52,208 bases of DNA. Source: an uncultured bacterium. GTDB taxonomy: Bacteria > Actinomycetota > Actinomycetes > Nanopelagicales > Nanopelagicaceae. Positions 22,090 through 31,637 of this stretch are shown piece after piece. The stretch spans positions 1 to 52,208 of the forward strand of contig CAXBPX010000001.1 in NCBI GenBank assembly GCA_963977625.1, in the 5' to 3' direction. A model generated the notes under the pieces. The model searched no databases, was not told where the DNA came from, and was given only the letters and a program-made list of their open reading frames with translations. Each line of letters starts with the position of its first letter. Within the stretch, counting starts at the first letter, position 1. Both the position numbers and the translations under genes were made by a program.

Positions 22090-22166
22090 GAGGGGCGAAA
22101 CTTTAATTTGTAATCGCTCACTGCGCCAATTAGGCGCGCGATTAGGCCTTCAATTAGAATTTCCAA

Positions 22167-25100
22167 ATGACCGGCTACCGCGCAATTCCGGCCTCGATCG
22201 ATCTTCCAAAGATGGAGCACGAGGTACTCTCATTTTGGGAGACCAACGCGATATTTCACCAAAGCGTAAAGCTTCACGAGGGTCAAAGTTCATGGACATT
22301 CTTTGAGGGTCCACCTACTGCAAACGGTATGCCTGGTACACATCATATTGAAGCGCGAGTTTTTAAAGATGTTTTTCCTCGTTATCAAACGATGAAAGGT
22401 CATCAAGTTGTAAGAAAAGCAGGTTGGGATTGCCACGGTCTGCCAGTTGAAATTGCGGTGGAAAAAGAGCTTGGGTTCTCTGGCAAAGGCGATATTGAAA
22501 AATTCGGAATCGCGCAATTTAATGCAAAGTGCAAAGAATCAGTACAAAGACATGTTGATGCCTTTACCAACATGACTAATCGAATGGGATTCTGGGTTGA
22601 TTTTGATGAAGCTTATTGGACTATGTCTCCAGAATATGTGGAATCAGTTTGGTGGTCACTTAAAGAGATTTGGAAGAAGGGTCTATTAGTTCAAGACCAT
22701 CGCGTGGCACCTTACTGCCCTCGTTGCGGTACTGGCCTTTCAGATCATGAAATTTCACAAGGTTATGAGACCGTAACTGATCCTTCAGTTTATGTACGTT
22801 TTCCAATCACTGCTGGTGAATTAAAGGATCTAAATGCAGCTTTATTGGTATGGACCACTACCCCATGGACATTGATTTCAAATACCGCGGTTGCTGCAAA
22901 TTCTGAAGTTGATTATGTGGCAGTCAAAGTGACCAAAGAAGAAACTTCTGAAGTTTTAGTTTTAGCCGAAGCGTTGTTATCAAAGCTTGATGGAGAAACT
23001 GAAGTTTTAAAGCGTTACAAAGGTAGAGATTTAGAAAGACTTACATATAGCCGTCCATTTAATGTAGTGGAAATTCCAAATGCACATTTTGTGGTGCTTG
23101 CAGATTATGTAACTACCGAAGACGGTTCTGGATTGGTCCATCAAGCACCTGCATTTGGAGCAGATGACCTAAAAACTTGCCGTGCTTATAACTTACCGAC
23201 AGTTAATCCGGTTCGCCCTGATGGACATTTTGAAGCTGGAATTGAATTAGTTGGAAATTTATTCTTTAAAGAAGCTGACAAACCGATAGTAAAAGATTTA
23301 AAACAGCGTGGATTACTCTACAAACATCAGCCATATGAGCATCAATATCCACATTGCTGGCGCTGCCACACTGCACTTATTTATTATGCCCAACCATCTT
23401 GGTACATTCGCACTACTTCAATTAAAGATGCGTTGATTCGTGAGAATCAGAATACCGATTGGCACCCAGAAACTATCAAAACGGGTCGTTACGGTGATTG
23501 GTTAAATAACAATATTGACTGGGCGTTATCACGAAATCGCTATTGGGGCACTCCACTTCCAATCTGGCGCTGCGAAAACAAACACGAAATTGCCATCGGC
23601 TCATTGAAAGAACTTGGAGAATTTGCTGGCCAAGAACTTTCAAATTTAGATCCGCACCGCCCTTTTGTAGATGATATTAAATTTGCATGTTCGGAATGTA
23701 AGAGTGAAATGGTTAGAGTTCCCGAAGTTATTGACTGCTGGTATGACTCTGGCGCCATGCCATTTGCGCAGTGGGGCTATCCACACAAAGCAGGATCAGA
23801 AGCGAAATTTAAGAATTCGTATCCTGCAGATTTTATCTGCGAAGCTATTGATCAAACTCGTGGTTGGTTCTACACACTTATGACCATTGGTACTCTGGTT
23901 TTTGATCAATCCTCATACAAAACCGTGCTCTGCCTTGGACATATTTTGGATAAAGACGGACGCAAGATGTCAAAGCATCTTGGCAATGTATTAGAACCAA
24001 TGGCGCTTATGGATCAACATGGTGCTGATGCGGTCCGTTGGTTTATGTTGGCAGCAGGTTCGCCTTGGGCAGCAAGAAGAGTTGGCCATGATGCGATTCA
24101 AGAAGTAGTTAGAAAAACTCTGCTTACTTACTGGAACACCATCTCTTTTATGTCCCTCTATGCGCGAGCCTCAAATTTTGATTTATCTCAATCTCCAGCC
24201 CGAGTTAGCCGCCCAATTATGGATCGCTGGATTCTCTCTGAATTGCAACTGCTGATAAAAGCTGTAGATGATGCATATGCAGATTTTGATTCTCAAACTG
24301 CGGGGCGATTGATTGCTACTTTTATTGATGATCTTTCCAATTGGTATGTGCGACGTAGTCGTCGCCGCTTCTGGGATGGCGATCCGGCGGCACTTGCCAC
24401 ATTGCATGAATGTATAAAAGTGTTAACTCAACTTATGTCCCCTATGGTTCCATTTATTACCGAACATGTTTGGCAAGAGCTCATCAAACCAGTTGAATCA
24501 GATGCCGCGACTTCTATTCATTTAACTACTTGGCCAGAAATTGATGAAGCGCTAATTGATGAAAAACTTCGAGACCAAGTTGCACTTACTAGACGCATCG
24601 TAGAATTAGGACGCGCAGCGCGCGCAGAATCATCTGTAAAAATCCGTCAACCTTTAGGTCGTGCACTGATTGCAGCCAGCGGTTGGTCAAATCTGCCTGC
24701 TGACATGCGAGATCAAATTGCTGATGAATTAAATGTGCAGGAACTTGAAGATATCGCCAACGCTTCAGGAGATTTAGTTAGCGTTAGCATTAAGGCAAAC
24801 TTCCGCGCACTTGGCGCAAAGTATGGTGGCGCAGTTCAAGAAGTAGCGAAGTTAATTGCCTCCGCGGATGCCGCGACTTTTGTTGCTGAAGTGCGTGTTA
24901 AAGGCAGCGCAAAACTTGGTAGCTTTGAAGTAACGGCTGATGATTTGGTAATTACTGAACAACCAAAGAGTGGCTGGTCGGTTGCTAGCAATAATGGCGA
25001 ATCAGTGGCCCTTGATCTAACACTCACTCAAGCGCTGATTAATGCCGGAAATGTTCGAGAAATTATTCGAGCCCTACAAGAGGGGCGAAAAAGTGCCGGA

Positions 25101-25280
25101 TTTGATATTTCCGATCGCATTAAAGTTACTTGGAATGGCACACCTGAGATAGTTGCAGCGGTAACTGAAGGGCTAGAGCATATTAAACGAGAAGTTTTAG
25201 CAGTAGAGATGAATCAGGATTCATCTCTACTTTGCGATACCGAACTAGGGTTTACTTTTAATTTAACTAAAGTAAATTAA
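22167..25280 (+). CDS. ileS: isoleucyl-tRNA synthetase (type 2)
   Basis: 1037 aa with PPTANGMPGTHHIEARVFKD (HIGH region) and KMSKHLGN (KMSKS) motifs. The N-terminus YRAIPASIDLPKMEHEVLSFW matches the actinobacterial IleRS N-terminal pattern. Confidence 0.97.
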   Translation: MTGYRAIPASIDLPKMEHEVLSFWETNAIFHQSVKLHEGQSSWTFFEGPPTANGMPGTHHIEARVFKDVFPRYQTMKGHQVVRKAGWDCHGLPVEIAVEKELGFSGKGDIEKFGIAQFNAKCKESVQRHVDAFTNMTNRMGFWVDFDEAYWTMSPEYVESVWWSLKEIWKKGLLVQDHRVAPYCPRCGTGLSDHEISQGYETVTDPSVYVRFPITAGELKDLNAALLVWTTTPWTLISNTAVAANSEVDYVAVKVTKEETSEVLVLAEALLSKLDGETEVLKRYKGRDLERLTYSRPFNVVEIPNAHFVVLADYVTTEDGSGLVHQAPAFGADDLKTCRAYNLPTVNPVRPDGHFEAGIELVGNLFFKEADKPIVKDLKQRGLLYKHQPYEHQYPHCWRCHTALIYYAQPSWYIRTTSIKDALIRENQNTDWHPETIKTGRYGDWLNNNIDWALSRNRYWGTPLPIWRCENKHEIAIGSLKELGEFAGQELSNLDPHRPFVDDIKFACSECKSEMVRVPEVIDCWYDSGAMPFAQWGYPHKAGSEAKFKNSYPADFICEAIDQTRGWFYTLMTIGTLVFDQSSYKTVLCLGHILDKDGRKMSKHLGNVLEPMALMDQHGADAVRWFMLAAGSPWAARRVGHDAIQEVVRKTLLTYWNTISFMSLYARASNFDLSQSPARVSRPIMDRWILSELQLLIKAVDDAYADFDSQTAGRLIATFIDDLSNWYVRRSRRRFWDGDPAALATLHECIKVLTQLMSPMVPFITEHVWQELIKPVESDAATSIHLTTWPEIDEALIDEKLRDQVALTRRIVELGRAARAESSVKIRQPLGRALIAASGWSNLPADMRDQIADELNVQELEDIANASGDLVSVSIKANFRALGAKYGGAVQEVAKLIASADAATFVAEVRVKGSAKLGSFEVTADDLVITEQPKSGWSVASNNGESVALDLTLTQALINAGNVREIIRALQEGRKSAGFDISDRIKVTWNGTPEIVAAVTEGLEHIKREVLAVEMNQDSSLLCDTELGFTFNLTKVN

Positions 25281-25548
25281 GTGCCAGCGTTTGCAGAATT
25301 TGGACTGCAAAAAAGAGCACAATAAAAGATAGATCTAGCGCTACTCCACCTAGCCTTAATGGTGGAATGAATCTGCGAAAGAATTTAACTGGTGGATCTG
25401 TAAAGGTATAAACGCTTTCAGCAAACCAGAGCATTAATCCTCTGGGAGACCAACTTGGTTTAAACATCCTTACATAGTCAAGAATTAACCTAGCAAAAAG
25501 CGCCAAAATAAAAACTTGTAGGAAACGAGCAATCCAAATGCCGAGCAT
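25267..25548 (-). CDS. yggT: YggT-family membrane protein
   Basis: 93 aa with 2-3 TM helices and the typical position after sepF. The 3' end overlaps the convergent ileS stop region by 14 nt. Confidence 0.85.
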   Translation of the reverse strand: MLGIWIARFLQVFILALFARLILDYVRMFKPSWSPRGLMLWFAESVYTFTDPPVKFFRRFIPPLRLGGVALDLSFIVLFFAVQILQTLALNLL

Positions 25549-25551
25549 GCG

Positions 25552-26001
25552 TCAGCTTTGATTAAAGAAACTTGCCTCAGCTGCCGCAGTCTTAACTTCT
25601 GAAGAGACTATGACATTTGCTGGAGAGAGCAAGAAAACTTTTGAGGTAACTCGTTCGATGGTGCCGTGGTGCCCAAAGACCAAACCACTTGCAAAATCAA
25701 CTAAACGTTTACGTTCTTCGTCTCCCATGTCAGTTAAATTCATGAGCACGGTATTACCTTCGCGATAGCGTTCGCCAATTACTCGCGCTTCATTATAAGA
25801 ACGTGGGTTAACGGTAAAAATTTGATTGGTGGCAGGAGCGGCTACTGACTGAGCTGACTGATTAGGTGTCGCTTGCACTGCCGCAAATGAACGAGTTTCA
25901 CGAACTTTAATTCGTGGGCTCTCTGCTTCATGTGAGATTTCTTCGCTCTCGAGGTCATCAGTTAGACCGAGAAAATTTCCTAGTTTCTTAAGGCTAGACA
26001 T
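25552..26001 (-). CDS. sepF: cell division protein SepF
   Basis: 149 aa with an N-terminal amphipathic [13 protein letters not shown] and a C-terminal SepF core ([24 protein letters not shown]). Confidence 0.92.
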   Translation of the reverse strand: MSSLKKLGNFLGLTDDLESEEISHEAESPRIKVRETRSFAAVQATPNQSAQSVAAPATNQIFTVNPRSYNEARVIGERYREGNTVLMNLTDMGDEERKRLVDFASGLVFGHHGTIERVTSKVFLLSPANVIVSSEVKTAAAEASFFNQS

Positions 26002-26020
26002 AAGCAGTATTTTAGATAAT

Positions 26021-26671
26021 TTAGCTTCGCGAACCGAGGATTGACGAGCCTACGCGGATATGTGTCGCACCATGGTTGATGGCTGACAAATAATCTCCAC
26101 TCATTCCTGCTGATAAATATGGGGCGGCTGGATACTCTTTTTTGAAAGCTTGATGAATCTTTGCCAACCTTTCAAAAGCTTGATCGGGTGCTTCCCCAAG
26201 TGGTGCAACCGCCATCAAACCCTGTAATTTCAAATTATCTGTGGCCAGCACCTCATCGGCAATCTCATTTAAATCTCCGGGCATTGCGCCGCCGCGATGG
26301 GTAGAGCCATCGAGTGAAACTTGGATAAAAACTTCTAAATTTTTGTTGGATTCATGTGCGGCTTTAGCCGTTAATTGCACATATCTTTTGGAATCAATCG
26401 TTTGGATGACATCAGCCCAAGCACAGATAGATTTCAATTTATTGCTCTGTAGTTGACCTTGGAAATGCCACTTTCCGCCCACCAGTGGCGCTTTTTCTCT
26501 ACCCTCTTGATCTCGGTTTTCACCAAATTCGGATACTCCCAGTTGATGAAGAATTTGAGCATCGCTAAGCGGGAAAGTTTTGGTGACCACTATTAAATTA
26601 ATAGTTTCAGGAATCTCAGCTTTCACCGTTGCCAGATTCTGTGCCAAAAAAGATCTGCGGTCTAAAGCCAA
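26021..26671 (-). CDS. yggS: YggS-family PLP homeostasis protein
   Basis: 216 aa with VVTKT (PLP lysine), FGENRDQE and [10 protein letters not shown] motifs. Confidence 0.9.
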   Translation of the reverse strand: MALDRRSFLAQNLATVKAEIPETINLIVVTKTFPLSDAQILHQLGVSEFGENRDQEGREKAPLVGGKWHFQGQLQSNKLKSICAWADVIQTIDSKRYVQLTAKAAHESNKNLEVFIQVSLDGSTHRGGAMPGDLNEIADEVLATDNLKLQGLMAVAPLGEAPDQAFERLAKIHQAFKKEYPAAPYLSAGMSGDYLSAINHGATHIRVGSSILGSRS

Positions 26672-27318
26672 ATTACACCTGCTTGGCGACCGGTAGTTCC
26701 ATCCCTGCGATAAGAGAATGAATTTTTATCTTCAAGAACACAACTTGATAAATCTAGTTGTACGGTGTCTTTCAAATCTTGTTTTAATCCCGCCACTAAA
26801 TCTAAAGTGTTCTTGCCAGTGCGGTTGGTTGAATTTGCCGCCGGATATTTCTGAGTAATTTCTTCAAAAATATCTGCACCGACTTCGTAACAACCACCGC
26901 AAATATTTGGGCCAATATATGAATGGATGACTTCTGCTCCTAGGTCACGCATCGCATCAATGGTCTTCCTGGCTATTCCATTCATGAGCCCTTTGCGCCC
27001 CACATGAACTGCGGCAACCGCCACATCTGATTTGAGTAAAAGCGGAATGCAATCAGCAACCATTACCGCGATCGCCAATCTATGATGAGTAGTAATTAAA
27101 GCATCACAAGTTGGGCGAACATTATTATCTTCAACTAAAACTAAGGTATCGCCGTGAACTTGATTCATAAATACAATCGGCATTCCGATTTGAGTTTCTA
27201 AGGTAACCCGATTGGTTGCCACATCATATGGATCATCTCCAACGTGTAGCCCTAAATTGGCCGAATCAAAAGGAGACTTACTTACCCCACCTAAACGGTT
27301 GGTAAAAATAAATGGCAT
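26662..27318 (-). CDS. pgeF: YfiH/PgeF laccase-domain protein (peptidoglycan editing factor)
   Basis: 218 aa with QVHG, ADC.P and H.GR.G motifs. There is a TAATG junction with ftsZ. Confidence 0.85.
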   Translation of the reverse strand: MPFIFTNRLGGVSKSPFDSANLGLHVGDDPYDVATNRVTLETQIGMPIVFMNQVHGDTLVLVEDNNVRPTCDALITTHHRLAIAVMVADCIPLLLKSDVAVAAVHVGRKGLMNGIARKTIDAMRDLGAEVIHSYIGPNICGGCYEVGADIFEEITQKYPAANSTNRTGKNTLDLVAGLKQDLKDTVQLDLSSCVLEDKNSFSYRRDGTTGRQAGVIWL

Positions 27319-28448
27319 TACTTCATGAAATCAGGAACGTCGATCTCATCTTCTGCAACTAGCTCTTCAAATGAAATTCGACGGCGCGGAGTTTCTCCAG
27401 TAATTTCCATGGCTACCTGCAGCGGATCATTTTCAAATACTGGATCAGCATTACCAGATAACTCATTCTTATTAATTACCGGTCTTTCAACCACTTTAGG
27501 TTGGCCACCTTCGAAACCTGCGGCAATTACCGTAATTCTAACTTCATCACCGAGCGCATCATCAATCACCGTTCCAAAGATAAATTTAGAATCTGGATGT
27601 GCTGCATCTTGCACTAACTGACATGCTTCATTAATCTCAAAGAGGCCAAGATCGCTGCCACCTGCAACCGAAAGCAGAATTCCCATAGCGCCATCAATTG
27701 AAGCTTCAAGCAATGGAGATGAGATGGCAAGTTCGGCAGCACGAATCGCACGATTTTCACCGCGCGCAGAACCGATTCCCATTAACGCAGCGCCGGCACC
27801 GGTCATAACTGCTTTTACATCTGCAAAGTCAAGATTAATTAGACCTGGTTGTGTAATAAGTTCGGTGATTCCTTGAACACCAGATAGCAAGACTTGGTCC
27901 GCACTCTTAAATGCATCAAGTGCAGTTATAGAACGATCTGAAATGGCAAGCAAACGATCATTTGGAATTACAATCAAAGTATCAACTTCAGAGCGAAGTG
28001 CTTCAATTCCGGCATCTGCCTGAGTAGTACGTAATTTTCCTTCAAATGAAAAAGGTTTTGTAACAACACCAACTGTTAGCGCGCCAAGTTCGCGCGCAAT
28101 TTTTGCAACGATTGGTGCGCCGCCAGTTCCGGTACCGCCACCTTCTCCGGCGGTAATGAAAACCATATCTGCGCCACGAAGCGCTTCTTCAATTTCATCA
28201 ACATTATCAAGTGCAGCTTCGCGACCAATTTCTGGTGCGGCACCAGCTCCAAGTCCGCGAGTTATTTTTCTACCAATATCAAGTTTTACATCGGCATCAC
28301 TCATCAACAGTTGTTGAGAATCAGTGTTAACTGCAATGAACTCAACACCTTTGAGCCCTGCTTCGATCATGCGATTAATTGCATTAACGCCGCCGCCACC
28401 AATACCTACAACTTTGATGACTGCTAAATAATTCTGCGGTGCCGCCAT
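27318..28448 (-). CDS. ftsZ: cell division GTPase FtsZ
   Basis: 376 aa with GIGGGGVNA and [10 protein letters not shown] tubulin signature motifs and a C-terminal DIPDFMK-type tail. Confidence 0.98.
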   Translation of the reverse strand: MAAPQNYLAVIKVVGIGGGGVNAINRMIEAGLKGVEFIAVNTDSQQLLMSDADVKLDIGRKITRGLGAGAAPEIGREAALDNVDEIEEALRGADMVFITAGEGGGTGTGGAPIVAKIARELGALTVGVVTKPFSFEGKLRTTQADAGIEALRSEVDTLIVIPNDRLLAISDRSITALDAFKSADQVLLSGVQGITELITQPGLINLDFADVKAVMTGAGAALMGIGSARGENRAIRAAELAISSPLLEASIDGAMGILLSVAGGSDLGLFEINEACQLVQDAAHPDSKFIFGTVIDDALGDEVRITVIAAGFEGGQPKVVERPVINKNELSGNADPVFENDPLQVAMEITGETPRRRISFEELVAEDEIDVPDFMK

Positions 28449-28510
28449 GATCTTCCCTTCGATGTAAACCTTTACTTAAGGGTTACAACTCATCCCAATT
28501 TGGTGGCGGA

Positions 28511-28539
28511 AAATTAGAGCGTTAAGGGTGACTAATCAA
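28511..28539 (-). promoter_or_regulatory. candidate sigma-A promoter for ftsZ (TTGATT-N17-TAATTT)
   Basis: Read on the minus strand in the 125-nt ftsQ-ftsZ spacer, about 62 nt upstream of the ftsZ ATG. This is hexamer matching by eye only. Confidence 0.4.
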
Positions 28540-28573
28540 TTACCGACACGGTTATTTAAAAATTACTTATCAC

Positions 28574-29242
28574 TCACTTAACAGTTGGTTTTGTGGGATC
28601 GCTGACATCCATTTGTTTAATTTTCTTATTCTCTGGAAGTGCTAATAAAGCCTGATAAATCTTTACTTTTACCGCATTATTTGCCGCATCTCCCCAATTA
28701 ATCCGAAGTTCGCTATCCATAACTATTTGAAAATTTTTGGCAGATGAGGCCGTAATTGAGCTGGCTTTATCTCGAATTTCTGCAGGTAAAGAAAGGTAGA
28801 AGTCGACAGCGGCAGCTCGGGCACTGTCATCTTTGGCTTTAATTTCTGCCAATTTTTTCTCCACCTTTACTGGAGAGGTAAATAAGACTCCGCTGGCATC
28901 AACGTATCTACTACCCGAATATGCAATTGGATCTCTAGCTGCCAAGTTAATGGTCACCGCTCTACTTATCCAATTTCTTGAAATTTTAACGCTCTCAATC
29001 CAGTCAATTCCAGCTAAAGCTAAATTGGAAGTGATAGCGCGAGGTTCGATTCTGGCTAATTTCTCTCCAGTTTTGATATCTGCAATTTCCAAAACTTGTT
29101 TTGTGATTTGAGAATTTGGCGACCCCGTCACTGAAACTTCTTTTACGGTAAAAATATTGGTCCAACCAAATAAAAACGCCAAAGTGGCAATCAAAAGCAG
29201 CGCAAATCCAAGGATAAATTCGCGTTTATGTCGCACTACCAA
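28574..29242 (-). CDS. ftsQ: cell division protein FtsQ
   Basis: 222 aa with one TM helix followed by POTRA-like VKEVSVTG and a beta domain. It sits between murC and ftsZ. Confidence 0.88.
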   Translation of the reverse strand: MVVRHKREFILGFALLLIATLAFLFGWTNIFTVKEVSVTGSPNSQITKQVLEIADIKTGEKLARIEPRAITSNLALAGIDWIESVKISRNWISRAVTINLAARDPIAYSGSRYVDASGVLFTSPVKVEKKLAEIKAKDDSARAAAVDFYLSLPAEIRDKASSITASSAKNFQIVMDSELRINWGDAANNAVKVKIYQALLALPENKKIKQMDVSDPTKPTVK

Positions 29243-30605
29243 ACCTCTTATGTAACTCTTCTAAAATCAGAGCTCCCAATGAGCTAACGTCACCAGCTCC
29301 TAAAGTGATAATCACATCTCCAGGGTTGGCAATATTGCTAACTTGTTCTGTAACTGACATAAAGTTTGGTTGAAATTCCGCGTTCTCCATTAATTTAACG
29401 ATATTAGCGCTGGAAACACCGGTAATTGGTTGCTCGCTGGCTGCATACACTTCTAATAACCAGACGTGATCTGCTAGCGCCAAACTTGTGGCGAATTCTT
29501 TGGTAAATGCTTTGGTGCGCGAATAGCGATGCGGCTGGAAAATCACGAGTAATTTACCGCCTCCTGCATAACGTCTAGCCGCAGTTAAAGTTACTTTAAT
29601 TTCAGTGGGATGATGTCCGTAATCATCAATTACTCGGATGCCACCTGCACTACCCTTTAATTCAAATCTTCTTCCGGCACCATGAAATTTAACTAAGCCA
29701 TCTAAAAGTGAAGTCGCTGAAAGCCCTAGTTCTAGACCAACTGCCAACACTGCCGCTGCATTTAATATGTTGTGCTCGCCTGGAACAGATAGTTCTAAAG
29801 TGCCGATTTTCGCACCGTTCCAAAGGACCCTAGCGCTTGAACCACCAGCACTTAACTGGATTTGATCCACTCGAAGCGCAGCAGCTTCGCTTTTTCCGTA
29901 GCCGATTGTTTTTACCTTTGCGCTGCTTGCAATTTTTGTCGCGCCTTCATCATCTGCACAAAAAACGAGAAAACCAGTGATGGTTTGGACAAACTCTGTA
30001 AATACTTCAAAGACTTGCGCTTCGCTGGCAAAGTGATCCACGTGGTCCCATTCCACATTTGTGATGATGGCAGCATGTGGTTTGTAAGCTACAAATGAAC
30101 CATCTGATTCATCCGCTTCTGCCACAAAATATTTTCCGGTACCACGATGGGCATTAGAACCCGAACTTTTTAGAATGCCACCAATTGCGAAAGATGGATC
30201 CACTCCTGCACTTTGCATCGCAACGGTAGCCATTGAAGAGGTAGTGGTTTTGCCATGGGTTCCGGCTACCGCAATCGAAATTGATTCAGACATTAAAAGT
30301 GCTAGCGCTACAGCGCGAGTTATTTCAGGAATTCCTAAATTCACGCCGGCTTCACGTTCTGGATTATTCGGTCTTATGGCATTTGAGAACACAATTAAAT
30401 CCGCACCTTTAATATGGTCGGCATTGTGATCAATAAATATTTCTGCCCCAATTGCACGAAGCGCATTTAAAACCGAAGAATCAGATACATCCGAACCAGA
30501 AACTTTGATTCCGTGAGAGATGGCGATTCTTGCTAGACCGCTCATACCTGAGCCACCTATGCCCACAAAGTGCACTCTTTTGCCAATTAAATCTTTTAGC
30601 TGCAT
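29226..30605 (-). CDS. murC: UDP-N-acetylmuramate--L-alanine ligase
   Basis: 459 aa with VHFVGIGGSGMSGLA and GTHGKTTT motifs. Confidence 0.96.
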   Translation of the reverse strand: MQLKDLIGKRVHFVGIGGSGMSGLARIAISHGIKVSGSDVSDSSVLNALRAIGAEIFIDHNADHIKGADLIVFSNAIRPNNPEREAGVNLGIPEITRAVALALLMSESISIAVAGTHGKTTTSSMATVAMQSAGVDPSFAIGGILKSSGSNAHRGTGKYFVAEADESDGSFVAYKPHAAIITNVEWDHVDHFASEAQVFEVFTEFVQTITGFLVFCADDEGATKIASSAKVKTIGYGKSEAAALRVDQIQLSAGGSSARVLWNGAKIGTLELSVPGEHNILNAAAVLAVGLELGLSATSLLDGLVKFHGAGRRFELKGSAGGIRVIDDYGHHPTEIKVTLTAARRYAGGGKLLVIFQPHRYSRTKAFTKEFATSLALADHVWLLEVYAASEQPITGVSSANIVKLMENAEFQPNFMSVTEQVSNIANPGDVIITLGAGDVSSLGALILEELHKRFGSAT

Positions 30606-31637
30606 TTAAATCACTCGCTCAATAAAATCAGCAATTTGTGTAGCGGCATTTAAAGAAGTGCCAAGTGGTTCGACGCTACCTTGACGAAGCAATCTAGCTA
30701 AATTCATATTTAGCCAATTACTATCAAATTTACTCTGCTCAATTAGCTCTGCTTTATGTGCCAAGATCAACTCATCTGCATTTAGTGCTTGTTCGCCATT
30801 TCCGATTGGTAGTGGGATAAAAAGCGCGTATTTACCAAGGGCTGCAAATTCAGAACAGGCAATTGCGCCGCTTCTAGAAATCACTAGATCTGCAGCCAAT
30901 AATGCAGTCGCCATATCTTCAATATAGCCAACTGGCCGATAATTCGAAGTGCTTGGTGGAAGTTGATTCTCTTTGCCAAGAGAGTGAATAACTGTGCAAT
31001 TTTCAAAAGTTGAGTCTGCCACTACTTTATTTATAGTTTGTGAACCACTGGAACCCCCCAGGATTAAAACTAAATTCTCGCTCACGTTTAATTTAACTTT
31101 TGCATCTTTTCGGGCTTGATGCCAATTAGCTTGAGTGGCCGCCTGAACAATTTCGCGTTTCAAAGGGTTTCCGACCACTTTCGCTCCAGCGATACCAGAA
31201 TTTTGATAAGCGACTGCAACCTCTTTAGTAAATATGGCACCAAATCTATTGGCCAATCCAACTTTGGCATTTTGATCATGCACCACGATTGGTTTACGCA
31301 GAATAACCGCTGCGATATACGCCGAACCTGAAACATAACCGCCAAATCCAACGACCACATCAAAACGCTTAACAATACTGGCGGTCTTAAAAATCGAATT
31401 GATAAGTTTGAATGGAAATAATAAAGCGCTTAAATTCAACTTTCTTGGTGCGGCAACTTTCGGGATTAAATAAAGTGTGCCACCGCGCTCTGGAATTAAA
31501 GTAACTTCTAATCCACTTTTAGTACCTAAAAATGCAATCTCATCGCCTGGAAATCTCTGTCGCCAAACTTCTGACACCGCCCATGCTGGTTCAATATGCC
31601 CCGCAGTTCCGCCACCGGCAAAGAGAATGCGATTCAT
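30606..31637 (-). CDS. murG: lipid II-forming UDP-GlcNAc transferase
   Basis: 343 aa with GGGTAGHIEPA and SRSGA motifs. Confidence 0.95.
   Translation of the reverse strand: MNRILFAGGGTAGHIEPAWAVSEVWRQRFPGDEIAFLGTKSGLEVTLIPERGGTLYLIPKVAAPRKLNLSALLFPFKLINSIFKTASIVKRFDVVVGFGGYVSGSAYIAAVILRKPIVVHDQNAKVGLANRFGAIFTKEVAVAYQNSGIAGAKVVGNPLKREIVQAATQANWHQARKDAKVKLNVSENLVLILGGSSGSQTINKVVADSTFENCTVIHSLGKENQLPPSTSNYRPVGYIEDMATALLAADLVISRSGAIACSEFAALGKYALFIPLPIGNGEQALNADELILAHKAELIEQSKFDSNWLNMNLARLLRQGSVEPLGTSLNAATQIADFIERVI

Noticed and set aside
22167-22185. A T-box-like string (GGCTACCGCG, resembling the GGUGGUACCGCG T-box core) at the 5' end of ileS. Actinobacterial ileS genes are classically T-box regulated.
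   Set aside because: It lies inside codons 2-6 (T-G-Y-R-A) of an N-terminus (YRAIPASIDLPKMEHEVLSFW) that matches the conserved actinobacterial IleRS N-terminus. It lacks the UGGN bulge needed to pair with tRNA NCCA. No specifier-loop or stem I candidate fits in the 77-nt spacer.
21785-22306. A 173-aa plus-strand ORF spanning the DksA-like gene in antisense and running into ileS.
   Set aside because: It is a mirror-image artefact of the low-complexity Lys/Ala/Pro repeat, whose antisense reads as a Phe/Gly/Ala-rich open frame. It crosses a divergent promoter region and overlaps two well-supported genes.
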